Source: Eledone cirrhosa (Eukaryota). From it: a DNA stretch of 64,000 nt. The first letter of the stretch is position 1, and each line of letters opens with the position of its first letter. Below the pieces are notes generated by a model. The model was not told where the DNA came from. It ran no database searches and worked only from the letters and a program-made list of their open reading frames with translations. A program made the position numbers and the translations under genes. Shown here one piece after another: positions 1 through 13,819 of this stretch. The stretch is from the NCBI GenBank assembly GCA_964016885.1, contig OZ024742.1, forward strand, positions 34,534,001 through 34,598,000. The letters run 5' to 3'.

Positions 1-49
<49 letters not shown>

Positions 50-70
50 GTATATATATTTGTATATATA

Positions 71-126
<56 letters not shown>

Positions 127-943
127 TTCATTTTCCAATAGTAAAGGAAAAAGAAAGACGATTTAGTTTGCTTTCAACCAGATCTCTTGGTAACGTTGAG
201 ACGTTCTCTTAAATATTCATCTGCTGAAAGTAATATTCTATCTAAGTATATTTGTTAACAGCCGCCAACTAACGAAATGAAGGTTGTAGACGGTGGAAGA
301 AATATAGAAACCTGAATCAATGTTTCATGCGGCCATATCATAAGAACACAACTGATACAATACCATACCACTACAACCATCAACAGTGTTACAAATAGTG
401 AGGTACCACTATCACCACCACCAACGCCATCACCGGCACAACCAATATCACCACCTCCACCGCTACAGCCTTCATAAAAGCTGATGAGCTGTTATGATCT
501 GAGATCAATATTAAACTTGCTCAAAGAAGTTTTCCAATAGTGTAATAGTGCATTGAATGTAACATGAATAAATGAAGAAGAGTTTTGTCCGAATTAGAGA
601 AATATCACTATATGTATCAGAATATACATGTGTGTGTGAGGGTATGTGTGTGTGAGAGTGTGTGTGTGAGTGTACGTGTGTGAGTGAATTGGTGTGTAAA
701 AGTGAATGGGTGTGTAAAAGTGAATGGGTGTGTAAAGTGAATGGGTGTGTACGTGGTCGAGCACTTGTGTGTGCGCGATTCTGTGTGCGCGCGCATTAAA
801 CAGTAACACATGAATATATGAATATTGTTTAGAGCTGTCGAGATAAAATTATCCAAACACTCCTCCATGTATATATATATGTGTGAGTGTGTGTATATAT
901 GTATGTCTATGTATATTCATACATATATGCATATATATGTAAA

Positions 944-999
<56 letters not shown>

Positions 1000-1100
1000 T
1001 ATATACATATATATACATAAATATATATATATAATTATATATATATATATATATAGTGACGAAACATAAGTCAATTGCATGAAATCATAATCCTTTATTT

Positions 1101-1156
1101 ACTGCTATATATAGTTCGATGATAGCCATTGAATGGCTATGACCTCATCAGATAGT
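1101..1156 (-). ncRNA. Degenerate hammerhead, family of 55922-55974
   Basis: Minus strand CTGATGA-ggtcatagcca-ttcaa-tggctatcatc-GAAC-tatata-UA-gcag; GAAA is mutated to GAAC. Confidence 0.5.
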
Positions 1157-1343
1157 TAGTCAGTTCTTAGATATACCAGCTCTGTGTTTATAGTGTTGAT
1201 GGTATCAGAGCTTTGGGATAGATATATATATATACATAAATATATATATATAATTATATATATATATATATATATAACGAAGGAAATGTGGTAAGGAATC
1301 AGGTGGACCATAACGCACCAAAGTACTCAATACGTAAGGTAGT

Positions 1344-1461
1344 AGAGTGGGTAATAGGAACGAGTAGGACCCCGACAGCTGAGCTCAATGCGTTTCGACG
1401 GCTAATTCCCAGAATTAGCCGTCGAAACGGCTTGAGCTCAGCCGTCGGTGTCCTACTCGTT

Positions 1462-1467
<6 letters not shown>
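1344..1467. repeat. Hairpin / fold-back relic
   Basis: ataggaacgagtaggac...gacggctaatt / aattagccgtc...gtcctactcgttcctat; arms about 55 bp; ends in (TA)n. Confidence 0.8.
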
Positions 1468-1553
<86 letters not shown>

Positions 1554-1745
1554 TATTAAAATAACAGATTAAAGTTTAAGCAAAGAATCGCTGCTTTCAC
1601 CCTTAACGGGATCTTCTGAAACTAACAAAGTCAATCTGTAAACGCAGAAGTGGATATTTGCACCGTTTCCTCTCACCTCCTTTTTGCTATATGTCTCTCC
1701 ACCACTCCCCGACACACCCTTTGAACTCTCTTCCCACACACTTTT

Positions 1746-1779
1746 TACCTGAAGAAGGGCTTATGCCCGAAACGTCGTT
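1746..1779 (+). ncRNA. Minimal hammerhead motif in PLE 3' relic
   Basis: CTGAAGA-a-gggc-ttat-gccc-GAAACGUC; stem I is only about 2 bp. Confidence 0.6.
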
Positions 1780-1864
1780 CCCCACCACCACCCCACTCTC
1801 AAGAGCGTGAAATTAATAAACATTTGTTGTACTGCCTCTCTGTTTTGTTCCCGTTCAATTTTTC

Positions 1865-1973
<109 letters not shown>

Positions 1974-2457
1974 TGTTGAATATAAAGGAGGTACAAAGAG
2001 AGACCCGTCAAATGTGATGGCCATTATTATCAAGCCATCAGCTGGACGTGCTAAAGATGACCTAATTTTGAACCCAATCGATGACATACACTCTACTGAA
2101 TATCCTGCTTCTCAAAGATAAGTGTATCATTGATATATATCTAACTACACACACGCACACACACACACACACAAAATACACACAATACATATAAAAACAC
2201 AATACATATAAAAACAAGGATATATGTATATACAATATATATATATTTTTTCACATGTGAATATATGTATATATATATACATATATATATGTATATATAT
2301 ATATATATATATACATACATATATTCACATGTGAAAATATATATATATATTGTATATACATATATCCTTGTTTTTATATGTATTTTACGCGATATACATA
2401 CGAATAAAGAATAGTTGTATTTCCCTATCTCTCTTTAACTCTCTCTCTCTCTTTCTC

Positions 2458-2527
<70 letters not shown>

Positions 2528-2614
2528 CTATACAGAGAGTTAGAGAAATATATAATCATGCATTGATACATAAATCCCTTATATTTGTATACTATGAAAT
2601 ACACACACACTCAC

Positions 2615-2655
<41 letters not shown>

Positions 2656-2714
2656 TTAGAACCCTGTAACCATTAAGCTCTAAGTATAAAGTACAAATAA
2701 ATACTGAGCCGATT

Positions 2715-3045
2715 AACAATATATAGTAAGAAACACAGTAAACCGTGTGTCTAAAATTACAAGGGATGAAAAACCACATATGCTTGAAATATTTAACCAA
2801 GGCATTTAATCGCAATCTCTCGCTGATGAAGCCCAGGATTATCTGTTACAAACACACTCAGGGCGAAACACAATAGGGATAATCTGTCCGAGAGATATAA
2901 TGGTTATTGAGGCGGTTTGTATTATTTGATAAGATATTTTTATTTTCATTTCGTCATTCTTGGTTAAATATTTCAAGCATATGTGGTCTTTCAACCCTTG
3001 TAATTTTAGACACACGGTTTACTGTGTTTCTTACTATATATTGTT
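2715..3045. repeat. Fold-back pLTR relic enclosing a hammerhead (sibling at about 21660-22017)
   Basis: Inverted arms about 2715-2802 / 2958-3045. Confidence 0.8.
2815..2896 (+). ncRNA. Canonical type I hammerhead ribozyme
   Basis: Stem I atctctcg/cgagagat (8 bp), CUGAUGA, helix II gccc/gggc, GAAACA...UGUC; predicted cleavage after 2888. Confidence 0.85.
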
Positions 3046-3046
3046 A

Positions 3047-3094
<48 letters not shown>

Positions 3095-3209
3095 CGTCTT
3101 ATGGTAGCTAAGATGCGTCCATAGGCGGTATGCCGGTTGAGCACTCTGTGCGCCTACGCGATAAAATGGAAAACGATGAATCAGTGATGCATCGGAACTC
3201 AAATTATTA

Positions 3210-3300
3210 CGTGTTACAATTGTTTCCCCGGCGGACAGCGCGATGTTCGATCAGTATGTGGATCTAACTTGACTCTGGATTCGCAGGTTCCTCAGACACG
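3210..3300 (-). ncRNA. Type I hammerhead ribozyme with long helix II (CUGAGGA core)
   Basis: Minus strand cgtgt-CTGAGGA-a-cctgc...gccggg-GAAAC-aatt-GUA-acacg; perfect 5-bp stem I. Confidence 0.75.
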
Positions 3301-3371
3301 TCTAGTGGTTTCGGATCAATATATATATACATGCAAACACACACACACACACACACACTCACACACACACT

Positions 3372-3444
<73 letters not shown>

Positions 3445-3502
3445 TTCGTTTCTGAATTGGGTTTAGCATGATTATTTATCTGAAAACGTGTGTTGAAACC
3501 TA

Positions 3503-3987
3503 TATTGTTATGCTTTGGGAGGGTCATGTTGCCAATAAGAAACACACGCACCAGTTGCTTTCACCCCAATTTATTATAAATTAAAAGTTTTTTCAAAAGA
3601 TTTTTCAAAAATTTATAAATTTCCGGTTGGTTGGTTGGTAAATAAATAAACAAATAAAAACACACCCAGACACCCGGATGTAACACATGCACAAACTAAG
3701 CACACAACACACACAAAAACAAGATGGCGTAGGACAAAACAAAGGAGAGGCACAAAACAAAGAAAAGAATCCCCAGTCACTGAAGAGGTTACAGAATCTG
3801 TAACGAAAGAACTTTGACAATATATGAACAACCGTCCAGTTGTGGAACCAACCAACCAACCAACAAAATTATGAATTTTTAAAAAAAACTTTTTGAAAAC
3901 TTTTTTTAATTTATAATAAATTGGAGTGAAACAACTGGTCCGTGTGTTTCTTATTAGCAACATGACCCTCCCAAAGTATAACAATAT
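3503..3987. repeat. Fold-back relic (sibling at 56422-56700)
   Basis: Inverted arms tattgttat...gggagggtcatgttg / caacatgaccctcccaaagtataacaata. Confidence 0.78.
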
Positions 3988-4360
3988 ATATATAGAGAGA
4001 GTGATATATTAAAAAAAAATAGAGGTCTGACACACGAATTGTGATATATTAGCAAAAAGGAAAAGAAAATGCTGACAAATTTTTCACAGTGAAAAGTAGT
4101 TTAATTAGGAATAAGTATAAATTAGTAATAAGTATTAGTTAGTATTCAGTTTTACTGTTTTAGTTTTAAGTTTTTACCGGTGGCGCATTTCTGATGCTTT
4201 TCAAAAATAAATTTGAGATAGACTGCTCGTGATTTTTGCTCAAAAATCACGAGCACTCTATCTCAAAATTATTTTTGAAAAGCAATATATATATATGTAG
4301 GAGGTGAGTTTTATTGTAGCACAATAAAGCAATGCAAATAAGGTTCATATCATGTCGCCC

Positions 4361-4431
4361 TATTTTATCTGATGAGAACGCAAATATCATCCCATGATGA
4401 TATTTGTTTTTGAAATGCGCATAATAAAATA
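4361..4431 (+). ncRNA. Type I hammerhead ribozyme with palindromic helix III
   Basis: tattttat-CTGATGA-...gcaaatatcatc-ccat-gatgatatttgt...-GAAA-tgcgca-UA-ataaaata; 8-bp stem I and atgcgcat palindrome. Confidence 0.82.
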
Positions 4432-4991
4432 CATGGAACTCTTTTAACCATCTTTTGATGGTCCAAGCCATGCTTAATGACCTCGTTGAGGGCAACATGG
4501 TCGTCAAGAGGTTCATCATGGGTGACATGCCCACCAAGAGCCCGGTGATGAGGCCAAACAAGATCAGCGATGCGAAGCAGAGATCCCTACAGACTTGTTT
4601 GTTGGATAACGTCTCCAGATAGTGTAGGCCGAACGTAGAATTATCCTGTATATACCATAGAGTCACTTGCGACGAACAGCATTCAAGGTCCACGACTCAG
4701 AAACGTACACAAGGATCGTTTCTATACATATTATTTTAAATACATATTATACACACTCGTGTTGGCAAAATTAGAATTATATATCTGAGTGTACACACAC
4801 ATGCGGTTGTGTGTAATCTCATATTATTGTGTGTAGCCTCAATTATATGTAGTCATATTTAAATGATATACCCCATATATTCATGTATGTGTGTATGAAC
4901 TTTGCTTTTCCCTGCTTACTCAATATTCTAATATACCAATCATATGCTTTTATATCTATCTATCTTTAATAAAGAAAGATATCTAGCTGTT

Positions 4992-5089
<98 letters not shown>

Positions 5090-5274
5090 GTAATTCCGTC
5101 GGAAAGGTACAGGAAAAAAGAGTGCTCTATGTAGGTTACATGTAATAAACAACATAAGATAATCACCACGTTTTATTCATTCAGACGACTGAAAACAGAT
5201 ATATCTGCTTTCAAGAAACCACTGGTAAATGAAATAATTATCTTATGTTGTTTATTACATAAATAAATAAATAA

Positions 5275-5328
<54 letters not shown>

Positions 5329-5331
<3 letters not shown>

Positions 5332-6251
5332 AAATTCCTTCCTTGCTCACATTTCAACCAGGTTTGATGGTCTTTATTCTCTCTCGTTCACGATTTCACC
5401 GAACTTATATTCATAGAAATTTTTGGACTTGACTCCTTCTTCCTCACTTTTCGTTGCTTCACCCTCTTTGTTTGTTTACAATCTCGCTGTTCCCTTTATT
5501 TACATGTCCCAACGACTTCCTTTAGCCGTTGCTCGCACCAACCGGAGGTATATGGTCTTTAAAGCGAAGAAATACCGATGATGGTTGGAAGATCACTGAT
5601 GAAGGACCACTTTATTCATATGTAACCCATTTGCAACTCCGCAGCACGTTTATTCTCATATTTACGCATATTTTTCCCCTGCTGTGACCCGTCTATTTCG
5701 TTCTTACTGCTTCCTCTTTCTCTGTGTCTTTACCCTCTCTAACAGTCACTCTCTCTGTTAGCCTCTTCCTCACCCTTCACTCACTCACTCTCTGTTACTA
5801 CCTCTCCTCCTCCTCCTTCTTCCCGTTTGACCTGTGCGTAATTCTTTTCTTTCGCACGCTTGGCCAGGCCGGTCGGCATTTTTTCTCTCTCTGGTCTACG
5901 ATATCACAGAACTTATGTTTACCGAATTCACAGACTAGACCCCTTCTTCCTCCCGTTAGACCTGTGCGAAATTCCTTCCTTGCTCACATTTCAACCAGGT
6001 TTGATGGTCTATATTCTCTCTCGTTAACGATTTCACCGAACTTATATTCATAGAAATTTTTGGACTTGACTCCTTCTTCCTCACTTTTCGTTGCTTCACC
6101 ATCTTTGTTTGTTTACACTCTCGCTGTTCCCTTTATTTACATGTCCCAACGACTTTCTTTAGCCGTTGCTCGCACCAACCGGAGGTATATGGTCTTTAAA
6201 GCGAAGAAATAGCGATGATGGTTGGAAGATCACTGATGAAGGACCAGTTTA

Positions 6252-6258
<7 letters not shown>
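5329..6258 (+). mobile_element. ORF-less partial-tandem element (truncated copy + about 638-bp unit) in (TA)n
   Basis: 5329-5620 is repeated at about 5967-6258; both outer ends abut (TA)n. Confidence 0.65.
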
Positions 6259-6336
<78 letters not shown>

Positions 6337-6341
<5 letters not shown>

Positions 6342-6562
6342 GAAAATAGAATAGCTTTCACCGTACTTTTCAACTAAAGAAATTTTAGTCTGATAATGGG
6401 GTTTAGAACCCTCAGATAAATGGAAAAAGATGCGTATTGACGTACATGTACATGTACGTCAATACTCATCTTTTTCCATTTATCTGAGGGTTCTAAACCC
6501 CATTATCAGACTAAAATTTCTTTAGTTGAAAAGTACGGTGAAATCTATTCTATTTTCTAATT
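6337..6562. repeat. Near-perfect spacerless palindrome, about 226 bp
   Basis: Centered on cgtacatgtacatgtacg; only a few mismatches between the arms; left end in (TA)n. Confidence 0.9.
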
Positions 6563-6691
6563 TCAAACCTGCTCATTGTTTCAAAACATACTTACTTGTC
6601 ATATATATATAGAGGCTGGAGATAAAATGTGTAGCAACAAGGGCGGTGCCCCAGCATGGCCTCAGCCGAATGGCTGAAACAGGTAAAAGAG

Positions 6692-6723
<32 letters not shown>

Positions 6724-6920
6724 ATATATATACATATATATGGGTGTGTGTGCATGGTTCCGTAACTCCTGATAAATTTGTAAAGGCGCCATATTAACAT
6801 ATGGCGTTTCTTGGTCATTTTAAGCCTGGCGGAGCCCATCCATCTGAGTACAGAAGATTTCTTCCAGAGAAAGATAGAAAGTGGGAAAGAGAGGAAATAG
6901 TAAAAAGATATAGTGGAAGG

Positions 6921-7165
6921 ATCGACCCCAGTACTAGACTAGAGTTTTTTATCGAACCCAGTACTAGACTAGTACTTTTTTATCGACCCCAGTACTAGAC
7001 TAGAACTTTTTTATCGACCCCAGTACTAGACTAGTACTTTTTTATCGACCCCAGTACTAGACTAGAACTTTTTTATCGACATCGGCGGGATTTGAACTCA
7101 TAGAGTAGAGAGCCGGAAGGAATACCATAAGGCATTCTATCCGACGTTCTAACGACTCTGCCAAT
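6921..7165 (-). mobile_element. SINE relic with internal 30-31 bp minisatellite (about 5 copies)
   Basis: (atcgaccccagtactagactagtactttttt)n followed by ggcgggatttgaactc. Confidence 0.7.
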
Positions 7166-7206
7166 ATATCACATTTTTCTCTCTCTTTCTGTGTGTTCTG
7201 TTCGTC

Positions 7207-7280
<74 letters not shown>

Positions 7281-7759
7281 TCTCTCTCTCTCTCTCTCTT
7301 TATATATATATATATGTATATATACTATATATATACTGAGAGAGGAGAGAGAGAGAGAGAAAAGAACCTTACTTCCTTTTTCTAATATATATATATATAT
7401 AATATATATATATGTATGTATGTATATTATATATATATATATATGTGTGTATGTGTGTGTGTGCGTGCGTGTGTGTATGTGTTACATACTGTGTCTTAGT
7501 GTGTGTTTATGTTCGAGTCAGCATCTACTATATCTAGCTCATTGTTTTATGGTTTAACAATTAAAAGCTATTTCTATTCAATAGACTACATGCGGCTACT
7601 TATAACTATTACAATTCACATACTATGTCCCTTTATAATCTATTTACAAACCATGGTTATTACGGATAATAGAGACAACAATCGAATAAACTGAGGTAGA
7701 ATTATGTAACCTAAGTTACATTATACCTCAATTCCATCGAGACATCTATTGTATTAATT

Positions 7760-7940
7760 GTTTCTACATTTGGCACAAGGCCAGCAATTATCCCAGTGTA
7801 TTACTGGTACTTTATTTTATCGACCTCGTAAGGATGAAAGGCAAAGTTAACCTCGGCGGGATTTGAACTCAGACCATAAAGGGACGTAACTCTTTGCTGC
7901 AAAGCATGGCGTCAGACCTTCTACCAATACTGCCAATCTA
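7760..7940 (-). mobile_element. tRNA-derived SINE (same family)
   Basis: Full head, central domain and tail. Confidence 0.8.
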
Positions 7941-8256
7941 CTGGTGGTTCTGTGGTGTAAAATGTCTTTCACAGAGTGTGTGCTTGTGGCTGTGGTGGTG
8001 GTGGTGATTTACACGTCTTTATGTGGGAACGTTACTGTGTGTGCATGTGTGTGAGAGAGTGAGTGGTAGAGAGGGGGTGGGGCTAAAGAGAGAGAGAGTG
8101 AGAGAGAGGGGGAGAGAAAGAGAAAGAAAGAGAAAGTGAGAGCGAGGAAACTAAAATAGGAATTGCAGTATTTTAAAACCTTCTATAAGCTGTGAAAATG
8201 GGAGAGTAAGTCTGTGTGTGTGCGTAAGTGTGTGTGTGAGAGCGAGAGGGGAGGGA

Positions 8257-8323
8257 GCATCAGTGGTGTGTGTGTGTGTGAGAGAGAGAGGGAGAGAGAC
8301 AGCATCAGTGGTGTGTGTGTGTG

Positions 8324-8358
<35 letters not shown>

Positions 8359-8425
8359 ATCAGTGGTGTGTGTGTGTGCGAGAGATAGAGAGAGAGAGAG
8401 ACAGCATCAGTGGTGTGTGTGTGTG

Positions 8426-8471
<46 letters not shown>

Positions 8472-8492
8472 CATCAGTGGTGTGTGTGTGTA

Positions 8493-8532
<40 letters not shown>

Positions 8533-8655
8533 CATCAGTGGTGTGTGTGTGTATGTGAGGGAGAGAGAGAGAGAGAGAGAGACAGCATCAGTGGTGTGTG
8601 TGTGTATGTGAGGGAGAGAGAGAGAGAGAGAGAGACAGCATCAGTGGTGTGTGTT

Positions 8656-8713
<58 letters not shown>

Positions 8714-8722
8714 CATCAGTGG
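8257..8722. repeat. Compound minisatellite: agcatcagtg-(GT)n-(GA)n, about 9 units
   Basis: Fixed core separated by variable GT and GA tracts. Confidence 0.85.
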
Positions 8723-9176
8723 TAGTAGGGGTAGGAGTGCCGTAATCCCTCGCAGTAATAAGAGGGTGTTAAGAGTAGGTCAGAAAGAGTAACTTTACAG
8801 AAAATATTGTTTATCATCAAATCATAAACGAGTAAATATTTGACTAATTCTGTCATTCTGTTCTATTTAATGTGCTGCGTACATCTAACCAAATACTTTA
8901 CTGTTTCCGTCTATTACATTTCACTCACCAGGCATATATATGTGTGCGAATGCGCGCACATATGCTTGTTTGTGAGTATGCGTGTGTGTATATGTGTGTG
9001 TGTGTGTGTATATCTGTGTGTGTGTGTCTGTGTTTGTGTGTGTTTACGTATGTGTATGTTTGATACATTCGCCAGTTCAGACATCTAGTGTTCCAGTTGT
9101 TCAAACAAGAGATCTGCCGACCGGTGGATTACATTTCACAATTTAATTAGAAACAATCACCAATATTAAATATGAA

Positions 9177-9460
9177 GGGCGGTGTATTGGCAGTATCGGT
9201 AGACGTCAGACACCACGCTTTGCAGCATAGAGTTATGCCCATTTACGTCTTCAGTTCAAATCCCTCCGCAGTATCGGTAGAGCGTCAGACACCACGCTTT
9301 GCAGCATAGAGTTATGCCCATTTACGTCTTCAGTTCAAATCCCTCCGCAGTATCGGTAGAGCGTCAGACACCACGCTTTGCAGCATAGAGTTATGGCCAT
9401 TTAAGTGTTGATGCGCTGAAACAATTGTTGGCCTTGTGCCAAAAGTAGAAACAATTATTA
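9177..9460 (+). mobile_element. SINE with triplicated tRNA head
   Basis: About 79-bp unit gcagtatcggtaga...agttcaaatccctcc at about 9190, 9268 and 9347, followed by the family tail. Confidence 0.75.
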
Positions 9461-9749
9461 TTATTGTGCTGGAATGAAAACAGATTTTGTTTTTCAAAAC
9501 AAAGAAGAAACAAGGAAAACAACATGAAATCCTGTTCATCAGCTGTCCCCGCCGCTGATTATTACACATTCGCACCCTCCTGGACAAGACTGTGTGTGAT
9601 GACAATGAACTAAGCATAGCTAACTTTAATACTACTCAGGATATAGACGAAAGAACATATAATATTAACAGAAACAAGCAGACTATAAATAAAACATCGG
9701 AGTCGTCAGAACATGGGCAAAACACAAATGTCATATTCATATTTAATAC

Positions 9750-10395
9750 TTGTTTCTACTTCTGGCACAAGGCCAGCAATTACCCCAGTGCATTTCTGGT
9801 ACATTATTTTATCGACCCCGTAAGGATGAAAGGCAAAGTTAACCTCGGTAGGATTTGAACTCAAATTGTAAAGGGCCATAGCTCTACGCTGCAAAGCATG
9901 GCTTCCAACCGTCTACCGATACGGCCAAAGTACAATAATAATAATAATTCTTTCTACTTTTGGCACAAGGCCAGCAATTTGAAGGGAAGGGGAAAGTCGA
10001 TTAAATCAACCCAGTGCGTGACTGGTACTTTATTTTATCGACCCCGTAAGGATGAAAGGCAAAGTTAACCTTGGCGGGATTTGAACTCAGATCATAAAGG
10101 GACGCAAGTCTATGCTGGAAAGCATGGCGTCCGACCTTCTACCGATACTGCCAATCCACAATATTTTAATAATTGTTTCTACTTTTGCCACAAGGCCAGC
10201 AATTATCCCAGTCTATTACTGGTACTTTATTTTATCGACCCCGTAAGGATGAAAGGCAAAGTTAACCTCGGCGGGATTTGAACTCAGTCCGTAAAGGGAC
10301 GTAACTCTGCTTCAAATTATAATAATATTTGTTTCTGCTTTAGGCACAAGGCCTGCAATTACTCAGTTCATTACTGGTACTTTATTTTATCGACA
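9750..10395 (-). mobile_element. Cluster of four tRNA-derived SINE copies (Meta-domain-like)
   Basis: Minus strand A box tggcagtatcggt, B box gagttcaaatcc, central gcctttcatccttacggggtcgataaaataaagtacc, tail tggccttgtgccaaaagtagaaac. Confidence 0.8.
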
Positions 10396-10609
10396 TTAAT
10401 ATTCGGTTTGTTTGCAAACAAACTGCCTCATAACATCATGTGTGTTTTCTAGATGACGTCATCCTTTTGTTCCAGCGGTAGCAGAGAGAAAATAGTCGAC
10501 AATTGATTGGAAGTTATTCCCCTTTATCAAGACAGGATGGCGTTAGTTATCTAGAAAACACACATGACGTTGTGAGGCCGTTTGCTTGCTAACGAACCAA
10601 ATATTAATA
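10396..10609. mobile_element. MITE-like inverted-repeat element interrupting a SINE
   Basis: Arms ttaatattcggtttgtttgcaaacaaac...tgtgtgttttctagat / atctagaaaacaca...aacgaaccaaatattaa. Confidence 0.6.
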
Positions 10610-11367
10610 ATATTATTATTCCCTCACGAATACATTCGATGTTTCTGTTTTCTGTTTGTTTATTGCCTCCTTGCCCAACTTTATTTGTCGCATTTTGAAT
10701 TCTAATCTAATAATAGGGTCACGTAGCATCTTCCATATTTTTTTTTATTCAAAAGTTTCCGCCCAGCCACGACTTTCACCTCGCTTTCTTTTACTTCTGT
10801 CATTTTCCCTTCCATTTTATTGTTTTCTTCTTCCTCGATTTCTGCCTCAGGTCACACACATATGACCATCTTATTTTTCTTTCCACTAATGTCTCTTTAA
10901 CCAGTCAGACGTACAGTACTGTCTATCTGCCAAAATAATTTCCATCACGGCATTGTGTATTCTACACATATTTCAGTTGACTATAGCTTAACGACTAACA
11001 TAAATATGCAGATATCCACCATGTGTTTGTATATGTCAGTTTGTGATGTTTCAGTGTTTTGACGAATCTGGTATGGTAATACAATATCTGTTTCGTTTAT
11101 GGTTTTGCTTTTATTGATGTTTGGGAGTTCAATCCACGGCATGCTGTTTCCTTCACGTTACTTCAGTACACTGAGGTTGAAAAAATGAGTTGTACCAGCC
11201 TCAGACACATACTATCTGAGTAATTCGTTAAGAGTTCACGTGTCTGTAGAATGCTCAACCACATGCACATCAATTTCATGCGCAGGAACAGTAGTCGATG
11301 GAAACTGAAGGTAAATACAAACAGGCGCACAGGAAATTTGATTGACGAAAAATATGTGGAGATCCAC

Positions 11368-11401
<34 letters not shown>

Positions 11402-13176
11402 ATATATATATATATAAAACCCTAACCCTCCCGTCCCTTCAATCTATCTTATTTCTCATTCATGTATAACGACAATGGAAAAAAAACTACGGACAGTACC
11501 ATCTCCTCAGTCAACCTCTGGAAATCACTACGGTTTCAGTATATATAGGTTAATACCGTTTATTCCAGTGCATATTGGGACTAAACAAAACAGATAGACA
11601 TTTGTGTAATTGTAATTCGCCTAACGGCATAAATGCCGTTAGGCGAATTACACAAATGTAGAAGAAAAAACAGTTCACGTACGTCAACTGAGAAAGAAGG
11701 GAGAGGCCGAGTTGTAGAAAGGAAGTAGGAAAAGGATATAAAGGAATAATCAACTATATTAATGAACTGCTACAGTTTTCATCGACTTCGAATTGATGAA
11801 AGGCAAATTCGTCCTCGGTGGTATCTCAGTGTGCAGAGAGCCGGAACGAACACTACAAAACATTCTAGCCGACAGTCTAACGACGCCTGATATACTATAT
11901 CAACATAATACAATCTCTATATATCACAATATAACAGAACTGATATCGAATTTTAATGTTTTTGTAAAGAATATGAATCCTAAAAACACTATTTTCCTAT
12001 CGTTTTCATCTTTCATCGTCAAAACAACTGGAGAGCTTCCGTGTAATTTTTCTGAAATTTAATTCCTTAAATCCATCTATGTTATCCACTCCACCCCATT
12101 GATATATAGTTTTTTTACTATTTAGTCTCGGACAGAAAGTTGGTGCGCATGACCCTCTTCGTGGTACACGAGACAGGCGTGAGGGTGGGAGGGAAGTATT
12201 CTCAAAGCGAAGGTCTTGTCCGATCCTTCCAGCGGAGTGGACCTCTCTAAAAGCACCTAAGTGAATGGTGGAGGTATTAAACTAAACGACAGATTAAATT
12301 TACCACCCAAATAATCTAAAGTCTAATAATCAAGGGTCTGAAGTGTGACTAAACCTCGAAGGCTCATTAGGCCACTGCTTATCCCGGTTTACTTGTCGTT
12401 AAGTAAGAGTACAAGACACCACACTGGACGCCAAGTCTACCACAGGATTAAACACACAGCTATTGTCGGTACTCATCTTCAGCTGAGTATACTAGAGCAA
12501 AAAACAGCACGCAAGCCGGTTCAAGAGTCGAACCCACGACCTCATGATCGTAACCTTCAAACCCTAAACATTCGGCTGCGTACCTTCACCATCAAAATAG
12601 GCCGCTGTCGGATTTGAATTCAGAAAGCAAGAACCCAACAGGTACTTCTTGGCAAATAGTCTGATGGTCTAAATATTTCACTAATCCACCGTTCTGGACC
12701 TCAAATGGACGAAAGACACAATTGACAGTAGCAGAATTTGAATTCATATGAAAGAGACCAGGAGTGAGGATCGCAATGCGTTTTTTTTTTTTAGCAAGCT
12801 CTAACGGCTGTGCTAATTTGCCACTGTGGTGAAAGCATACATATCATTTTCTTCGCATTTCAATCCGCTAAAAGTCTAACTATAATTAAGATAGTTTCAT
12901 AACATCAAATTATCTTCCTCAAGCAAAGCTGCCTCGGTTATGAATAGTATTATGGCAACATATCAACCAATCTGCTAAAACCAGATCTATTTCTGTCAAA
13001 GATCGTTGTGTGGGTCGGGGTTGATATGGCTGTCGAAATGACTCCACCTCATATCCGCACCTACAGAAAGATATTACCTTCTCGTAGATGTATGTGTGTG
13101 AGGAGAAAGAGAATTAGATAGGTATTTACATACAAGTCCATACATATACATACTCTCACAAACATATGTTCATGTA

Positions 13177-13318
<142 letters not shown>

Positions 13319-13603
13319 TATATATATAGAGAGAAAGAGATAGATAGATAGAGAGATAGAGTGAGAGAGAGAATAGCCTATAATTTGTACATATGTGAAT
13401 GTGTATGTATATATGCATATAGTATGTGCATATGTGTATATATATACATTATGTGTGTACTTGATTGAGACAGACTGTCAAGACAACTGCTTCATTCATT
13501 ATTTAATATATTAAGACTTACATAACAATATCCATCAGTTGAAGTTGCCTGGCTGCATAACGGTGGTTTGCTGTCACTTACACACGCACACACACACACA
13601 CTC

Positions 13604-13652
<49 letters not shown>

Positions 13653-13757
13653 CACATACGTAAGTGCATACATACTTACATACATACATACATGCATACA
13701 CACACATACGTAATTGCATACATACATGCATGCACACACACACAAACTCACATACTT

Positions 13758-13819
<62 letters not shown>

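Noticed and set aside
4460-4700. GC-richer segment as a coding exon
   Set aside because: Short frames, no recognisable domain or convincing splice sites; adjacent to a PLE relic.
8257-8722. Repeat-spacer pattern resembling CRISPR
   Set aside because: The spacers are only GT/GA microsatellites of variable length.
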